Source: Simkaniaceae bacterium
GTDB lineage: Bacteria > Chlamydiota > Chlamydiia > Chlamydiales > JAJFMI01
DNA: 32,868 nucleotides
NCBI GenBank assembly: GCA_040880145.1
Contig: JBBDIZ010000015.1
Location: 1 to 32,868 of the forward strand
Reading direction: 5' to 3'
Positions 27,583 to 32,868 of the stretch are shown here, piece by piece. The position numbers were made by a program, and so were the translations under genes. How positions within the stretch are numbered: the stretch's first letter is position 1; each line of letters opens with the position of its first letter. The notes beneath the pieces are model-generated. The model saw only the letters and a list, made by a program, of their open reading frames with translations, was not told where the DNA came from and did no database searches.

Positions 27583-28665
27583 ATGCAACCGGTTTTAGAG
27601 GAAATTCTTGTCGATGGATACCATAAAGTCCTTAAGGTCACTGAACCGGAATCGGGTTTAGTCGGCATTATCGCGATTCATGATGTTCGGCTTGGGACGT
27701 CGCTTGGCGGCATTCGCATTCGTAAATATGGCTCTTTTGATGAAGCGCTAACGGATGTTTTAAGGCTCTCTAAGGGGATGACTTATAAGTCTGCTATGCT
27801 CGATAAGGGATTCGGCGGCGGGAAGAGTGTTATTATTGCTGATCCAAAAAATGAGAAAACGCCTGAGCTTTTAAAAGCTTTTGGTCGTGCGATCGAGAGT
27901 TTAGGCGGTGAGTATATCGGCGCTGAAGATAGCGGATGCACGACAGATGATATGAAGATAATTCGGGAAGAGACTTCCTATTTAGTGGGGCTTGTCGATA
28001 AAAAAAGCAGTGGCAATCCTGCCCCCTTTACTGCTTGGGGCGTATTCCGGGGTATTCAAGCGGCTCTTATGAAGGTGCATGGCTCGACTTCTTTGAAAGG
28101 AATTCGCGTTGCAATTCAAGGAGTGGGGTCTGTTGGAGAAGAGTTGGCAGGCTATCTATTTTGGCATGGAGCTCAGCTGATTTTAGCCGATATCAATGAA
28201 AAAAAAGTAGCAGAGCTAGCTCATAAGTATCATGCAGAGGCGGTCTCAACTCATGATATTTTATCGACCGAGTGTGATTTGCTTGCTCCTTGCGCCCTAG
28301 GAGGCATTATAAATGAGAAGAGTATTCCTCACCTTCAATGCAGAATTGTAGCCGGCGCTGCCAACAATCAACTCTTGGTGGATGCGGATGCGGATCGAAT
28401 GAAACAGCGAGATATTTTATATGCGCCTGATTATGTCATTAATGCAGGCGGATTGGTCAATGTTGTGAATGAATTAGAACCTGATGGGTATAATCCAATC
28501 GTTTCTCGCGATGAGATTGAAAAAATTTATGAGCGATTGCTTTCGATTTTCAATATTGCAGAAAAAAATGACACATCAACAGAGGAAGCGGCAAAGTCAC
28601 TTGCTGAATACCGCTTAAAGTACACAATTGGCAAACGTGAAACCCAACTCTGCATCCATCATTAA
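27583..28665 (+). CDS. ldh: Glu/Leu/Phe/Val dehydrogenase (leucine dehydrogenase)
   Basis: GGIR, LSKGMTYK, GGGKSV, AED, GVGSVG, APCALG, GAANNQL, PDYVINAGG; SD AGAGG before ATG 27583. Confidence 0.92.
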   Translation: MQPVLEEILVDGYHKVLKVTEPESGLVGIIAIHDVRLGTSLGGIRIRKYGSFDEALTDVLRLSKGMTYKSAMLDKGFGGGKSVIIADPKNEKTPELLKAFGRAIESLGGEYIGAEDSGCTTDDMKIIREETSYLVGLVDKKSSGNPAPFTAWGVFRGIQAALMKVHGSTSLKGIRVAIQGVGSVGEELAGYLFWHGAQLILADINEKKVAELAHKYHAEAVSTHDILSTECDLLAPCALGGIINEKSIPHLQCRIVAGAANNQLLVDADADRMKQRDILYAPDYVINAGGLVNVVNELEPDGYNPIVSRDEIEKIYERLLSIFNIAEKNDTSTEEAAKSLAEYRLKYTIGKRETQLCIHH

Positions 28666-28669
28666 TTGT

Positions 28670-30385
28670 TTGAATCTCATCGATCGCGTTAAGGGAAAGA
28701 TCGAGTTGGCTATTTTAAGCCGGTTCGATCTTCCTAAAAAAGCGCTTGTCTCCCAAAGCACTCAGGAGCATTTTGGCCATTATCAATGCAATAATGCTTT
28801 GAGTTTGGCAAAAGAGCTCAAGTCAAACCCTCGTCTTATAGCAGAGCAGCTGATTTTTGCGATTGAAGATGAAGAGAAGATGATTGCGAAGATGGAGGTT
28901 GCAGGTCCAGGTTTTATCAATATCTTTTTAAGTCCTGACTTTCTAGCTAAAGAACTCGATACGATTTATGAGGACGCTCGTCTCGGGGTCCCTTTGCTCC
29001 ATGAGAAAAAGCGAATGATCGTTGAGTTTTCCTCTCCTAATATCGCCAAAGAGCTTCATGTGGGTCATTTGCGCTCAACGATCATTGGAGATTCATTGGC
29101 GCGTCTTTTTGAATTTTTGGGACACGATGTCTTGAGACTCAATCATGTAGGGGATTGGGGCACGCAGTTTGGAATGTTGATTGCTTATCTAAAACGCTTT
29201 GAAAGGGCTTTTTTAGAAGAGAAAGAGAATGCGGATCTTGGAAAATTGATGCATTGGTACAAAGAGGCTAAAAAGCTTTTTGATGCTGATCCTGAATTTA
29301 AGAAAGCGTCCCAGCTCGAGGTGATTACGCTTCAATCAAAAGAGCCGAACGCACTTGCTGCCTGGGAAAAAATTTGCGCAATTTCAAGAAAAGGTTTTCA
29401 AACGATTTATGATCTTTTAGATGTTAAAATTTTTGAGCGCGGCGAATCTTTTTATAATCGAGATTTAGCAGGCGTTGTCGAGAGTTTAGAGAAGAAAGGG
29501 CTTGTAAAAGAGTCTGATGGGGCGAAGTGTCTTTTTTTAGAAGATTTCAATATCCCCATGATCATTAAAAAATCAGATGGGGGCTATAACTACTCCACAA
29601 CAGATATGGCGGCGATGAAGCAGCGTATCGTTGAGGAAAAAGCAGAGCGAATCATTATCGTAACCGATGCGGGTCAACAGCTTCATTTTCAAATGATCGC
29701 CAAAGCCTCTGAACTCTCAAAAGTTTTAGATTCAGAAAAAGTTGTATTTAATCACGTTCCCTTTGGAGTTGTTTTAGGTCCCGATGGGAAAAAATTTAAG
29801 ACGCGCTCAGGTTCAACTGAGCCATTAATTGCGCTTCTTCAAGAGGCCATTGATCGCGCCTATCTTCTTTTAAAAGAGCGAATGAAAGATCTCTCTGATG
29901 AAAAAATTCACTCCTTTGCAGCAATCTTAGGAATCGATGCGGTGAAGTATGCAGACTTATCCTGTCATCGGTTAAAGGATTATATTTTCAGCTATGACCG
30001 CATGTTGAATTTTGAAGGAAATACTGCCGCTTACCTTCTCTACTCTTATGTGCGCATCCAAAGCATCAAGCGAAAGGTCAATAAGCCTCTTAATGAGGTG
30101 AAAGAAGCGGCTCTTTTTCAACTTACGCATCCAAGTGAAATTGCTTTAGGGCTCGCCCTTCGTCAATTTGGCGAGGCCTTAGAGATGATGGATAAGGATC
30201 TTCTGCCGAACCGCCTTTGTGATTATCTTTATTCACTTGCTGAGAAATTTCATGCCTTTTTCCGCGATTGCCGAGTGGAGGGAAGCGATGAGGAGAATAG
30301 CCGATTGCTCTTATGTGAATTCACAGGGCGTATTCTTAAGAAGGGACTTGAGATCTTAGGGCTGAAGACAATGGATCGGATGTAA
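28670..30385 (+). CDS. argS: Arginyl-tRNA synthetase
   Basis: FGHYQCN, AGPGFIN, SSPNIAKELHVGHLRS, GDWGTQFG, KFKTRSG, GNTAAYL; start uncertain (TTG 28670 or TTG 28628). Confidence 0.97.
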   Translation: MNLIDRVKGKIELAILSRFDLPKKALVSQSTQEHFGHYQCNNALSLAKELKSNPRLIAEQLIFAIEDEEKMIAKMEVAGPGFINIFLSPDFLAKELDTIYEDARLGVPLLHEKKRMIVEFSSPNIAKELHVGHLRSTIIGDSLARLFEFLGHDVLRLNHVGDWGTQFGMLIAYLKRFERAFLEEKENADLGKLMHWYKEAKKLFDADPEFKKASQLEVITLQSKEPNALAAWEKICAISRKGFQTIYDLLDVKIFERGESFYNRDLAGVVESLEKKGLVKESDGAKCLFLEDFNIPMIIKKSDGGYNYSTTDMAAMKQRIVEEKAERIIIVTDAGQQLHFQMIAKASELSKVLDSEKVVFNHVPFGVVLGPDGKKFKTRSGSTEPLIALLQEAIDRAYLLLKERMKDLSDEKIHSFAAILGIDAVKYADLSCHRLKDYIFSYDRMLNFEGNTAAYLLYSYVRIQSIKRKVNKPLNEVKEAALFQLTHPSEIALGLALRQFGEALEMMDKDLLPNRLCDYLYSLAEKFHAFFRDCRVEGSDEENSRLLLCEFTGRILKKGLEILGLKTMDRM

Positions 30386-31343
30386 GAGGCGTCTTGCTCT
30401 TTCGATGGGGGATTTCTTGGACATAGCGCGGCACGGCATATCCCGGAAGCCTCTCCCTTAATTCTTCGATTAGCTTTAACCCTTTTTCTATAGAGACCTC
30501 AAAGTGAGAGCCCCCCTCAATGGGATCAAATTGATGAAGGTAGTAGGGCAGAATCGATGCCTCAATCAGTTTAAACGATAGGGCGGATAAGGTTTCGATA
30601 TCGTCATTTATCCCTTTTAGTAGGACGCTTTGATTGATGAGGAGCGCGCCTGCATTTTTTACATCGAGCATATTGCGTTTAATCTCTTCATCGAGCTCTT
30701 TTGGGTGGTTGCAATGGAGCGCAAAAATAATACTTAAGGGGCACTTTTTGATTAAATCTAAAAAACCCGAATCGATGCGCTCAGGGATTCCAATTGGAAA
30801 ACGCGTATGGATGCGTATGATTTTGATAGATTCGATTTTAGAAATTTCATCAAACAGCATTCCAAGACGCTTATTACTTAGAGACAAGGGGTCGCCGCCG
30901 CTTAAAATGACCTCATGAATTGAGGGATTGTTTTTAAGATAGTTGAGCTCCTTTTGAAACGAAGGGTCAGAAGCGTAATCAAAATTTTGCCGAAAACAAT
31001 AACGACAATGCATAGCGCACGCACCGGTTGCGATTAAAAGAGCTCTTCCGTGATATTTTTGCAAGAGACGACCGCTTTTACAAAAGGCGAGATCATCAAC
31101 AGGATCCGGCAGATAGCCCGGGAGTTTGACCTTCTCGTCAGTTAGCGGAATAAATTGACGGAGTATTGGATCATCGAGGTTGTTTTTTTCGATTTTTTCC
31201 GCTAAGCGGCGAGGAAGATTGAAGGGGAAAGAGGGGGTTTTTAAAATTTTTTCTTTATTTTTTTCGTCAAGATTCAAAAAATTAATGATCTCATCAATCT
31301 TGCGAAAATTTCCTTTTTGAATTTCTCTATAATGATCTACCAT
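30336..31343 (-). CDS. epmB: KamA-family radical SAM protein, EF-P beta-lysylation lysine 2,3-aminomutase-like
   Basis: LLQKYHGR, CAMHCRYCFR (CxxxCxxC), SGGDPL, HTRFP, NQSVLLKGIND, PYYLH, LPGYAVPRYV. Confidence 0.85.
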   Translation of the reverse strand: MVDHYREIQKGNFRKIDEIINFLNLDEKNKEKILKTPSFPFNLPRRLAEKIEKNNLDDPILRQFIPLTDEKVKLPGYLPDPVDDLAFCKSGRLLQKYHGRALLIATGACAMHCRYCFRQNFDYASDPSFQKELNYLKNNPSIHEVILSGGDPLSLSNKRLGMLFDEISKIESIKIIRIHTRFPIGIPERIDSGFLDLIKKCPLSIIFALHCNHPKELDEEIKRNMLDVKNAGALLINQSVLLKGINDDIETLSALSFKLIEASILPYYLHQFDPIEGGSHFEVSIEKGLKLIEELRERLPGYAVPRYVQEIPHRKSKTPLTSDPLSSALRSQVPS

Positions 31344-31374
31344 AGAGAAAGTCTAGAATATTAAGAAAATATTG

Positions 31375-32760
31375 TCAAAAACCAAATCTTGAATTTAGAT
31401 TTAACAGTTCATTAATTTTCTGTTCCGGAGAGGTGATGCAGCGTGTAATATCCGCTCCAAGGCTTTGTAATTTTTCCTCTAAATGCTCATACCCGCGATC
31501 TAGGAAGTGAAGGCCAAAAAGATCACTTTTATCTGGAGCGACCAGGGCTGCCATGACGTAGGCAAAGCCGGCTCGAAGGTCGGGGATTTCAATTGTAGTG
31601 CCTTTTAGGGGAGTGGGGCCGCGTATAATTAAGCTATGACCGAAATTTTGTTCTGCAAAACGGCAAAAACGCCCACCCAAACATTGGGTAAAAAGTTCGA
31701 CAGAGGCGCCCATTTTTTTTAGAGTTTTCGTGTAGCCAAAGCGATTTTCATAGACGGTTTCATGAATAACAGAGGAGCCTAGGCTTTGAGTGAGTAATAC
31801 AACAAAGGGTTGCTGCCAATCGGTTAAAAAGCCTGGATGGACATCGGTTTCGAGATGGATATTTCCGGAAAGAGGCCTTTCATAAAAAAACTCAATTCCC
31901 TTCTCCTTTACCAAAAATCCGCCACCAATTTCTCGTAATTTATTTAAAAAAATAATCATATCCGATTGTCTAGCCCCTTCGACAAAGACGCGGCCTTTTG
32001 TGGCAATGGCCGCCATTCCGAAAGAGGCCGCTTCGATGCGATCGGTGATAACGGTATGTTCGATATCGTAAAAGGTTTTGGTCTCTTGAATGTAGATGGA
32101 ACGATTCACATCGACATGGATAATAACGCCAAGTTTTTGTAAAAATAAAATGAGATCCATGACTTCAGGTTCTATCGCTGCATTTTGGATCACGGTTGTG
32201 CCTTTGGCGCGGCAGGCAGCTAGAATGATGTTTTCCGTTGCTCCAACAGAAGGGTAAGGAAGGGTTAGGACAGTCCCTTTAAGCCCCTCTACGGCACGAG
32301 CTGAATAAGCGCATTCACTCTTTTGATTATGATAGTCAATTTCAGCACCCATTTGCCTTAAAGCATCGATATGAAAATCGACGGGCCTTTTTCCGATTTG
32401 ACACCCTCCAATTGTTGGGATTACAATTTCTTCATCCGTACGGCCGAGAAGTGCTCCTAGCAAGAGTATCGGAATGCGGTTAGCTCCTGAAAATCGTTGG
32501 TGGACAAGAGTGGTTTTTAACTCCTGGGTTTTTACTTCCATTATCTTTTTTTTTCGATCCCAGGAGATCTCCATACCGATCTCTCGACAAAGATCGACAG
32601 TAACTTCTACGTCGCGGATATTGGGAACGTTATAAAAAGTGACCTTTTTATTGGAGAGTAAAGAAGCGACGAGCATTTTTGTAATGGCATTTTTAGCCCC
32701 AGAGGCCTTTACATACCCCTTTAGCGCCCTTCCACCTTGAATTTTGAAGTGCTCTTTCAT
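31375..32760 (-). CDS. murA: UDP-N-acetylglucosamine 1-carboxyvinyltransferase
   Basis: GAKNA, GGCQIGKRPVDFH, SVGATEN, DRIEA, PGFLTD, IHETVYENRF, PDLRAG, LDRGYE; start ATG 32760 or 32766. Confidence 0.97.
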   Translation of the reverse strand: MKEHFKIQGGRALKGYVKASGAKNAITKMLVASLLSNKKVTFYNVPNIRDVEVTVDLCREIGMEISWDRKKKIMEVKTQELKTTLVHQRFSGANRIPILLLGALLGRTDEEIVIPTIGGCQIGKRPVDFHIDALRQMGAEIDYHNQKSECAYSARAVEGLKGTVLTLPYPSVGATENIILAACRAKGTTVIQNAAIEPEVMDLILFLQKLGVIIHVDVNRSIYIQETKTFYDIEHTVITDRIEAASFGMAAIATKGRVFVEGARQSDMIIFLNKLREIGGGFLVKEKGIEFFYERPLSGNIHLETDVHPGFLTDWQQPFVVLLTQSLGSSVIHETVYENRFGYTKTLKKMGASVELFTQCLGGRFCRFAEQNFGHSLIIRGPTPLKGTTIEIPDLRAGFAYVMAALVAPDKSDLFGLHFLDRGYEHLEEKLQSLGADITRCITSPEQKINELLNLNSRFGF

Positions 32761-32761
32761 G

Positions 32762-32809
32762 GGCATTAAGGTACTTGTTTCCCTCTTAAGAAACAAGTAC
32801 CTTAATGCC
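32762..32809. repeat. Perfect 20-bp inverted repeat with an 8-nt loop at the murA start region
   Basis: GGCATTAAGGTACTTGTTTC (32762-32781), loop CCTCTTAA, GAAACAAGTACCTTAATGCC (32790-32809). Confidence 0.95.
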
Positions 32810-32814
32810 TGATT

Positions 32815-32868
32815 CAGGGCACCAGACATTAAAATAATAATTTTATCCTCCTAGAAATGGGGTTAAAC
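32815..32868 (-). mobile_element. Second copy (one end, inverted, cut by the window edge) of the CAGGGC MITE/IS
   Basis: 51/54 identical to the reverse complement of 14796-14849. Confidence 0.9.

Noticed and set aside
32761..32829. N-terminal extension of MurA (MSGALNQALRY...) as the native start
   Set aside because: The ATG lies in the MITE TIR and the extension reads through the palindrome; MurA similarity starts at MKEHFKIQGG

Overview
Mostly core chromosome of an environmental member of the phylum Chlamydiota. This is inferred from an Npt/NTT nucleotide transporter, a chlamydial-type RsbU and MurA, and the Chlamydia-like gene orders sohB-polA-coaE-rho and CT538-like-tsaE-(engB)-dnaQ. An accessory region of about 6.5 kb (13.0-19.5 kb) around tRNA-Leu(TAA) interrupts the core. 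It holds a GH8 glycoside hydrolase with no signal peptide, a 325-bp non-autonomous MITE, a frameshifted Bro-N remnant, an SRPBCC protein, a DUF3857/transglutaminase membrane protein, a secreted SAM methyltransferase and an unannotated decayed GT90 glycosyltransferase. The MITE has 29-bp CAGGGC terminal inverted repeats, a perfect 10-bp target-site duplication and an internal 26-bp palindrome. A second, inverted copy of the MITE end starts at 32815, next to a perfect 20-bp hairpin that overlaps the murA start region. A (GGGCAR)8 G-quadruplex-like tandem repeat lies at the left edge. No CRISPR array, integrase or transposase gene was seen. All calls come from reading motifs by eye; no database searches were run.
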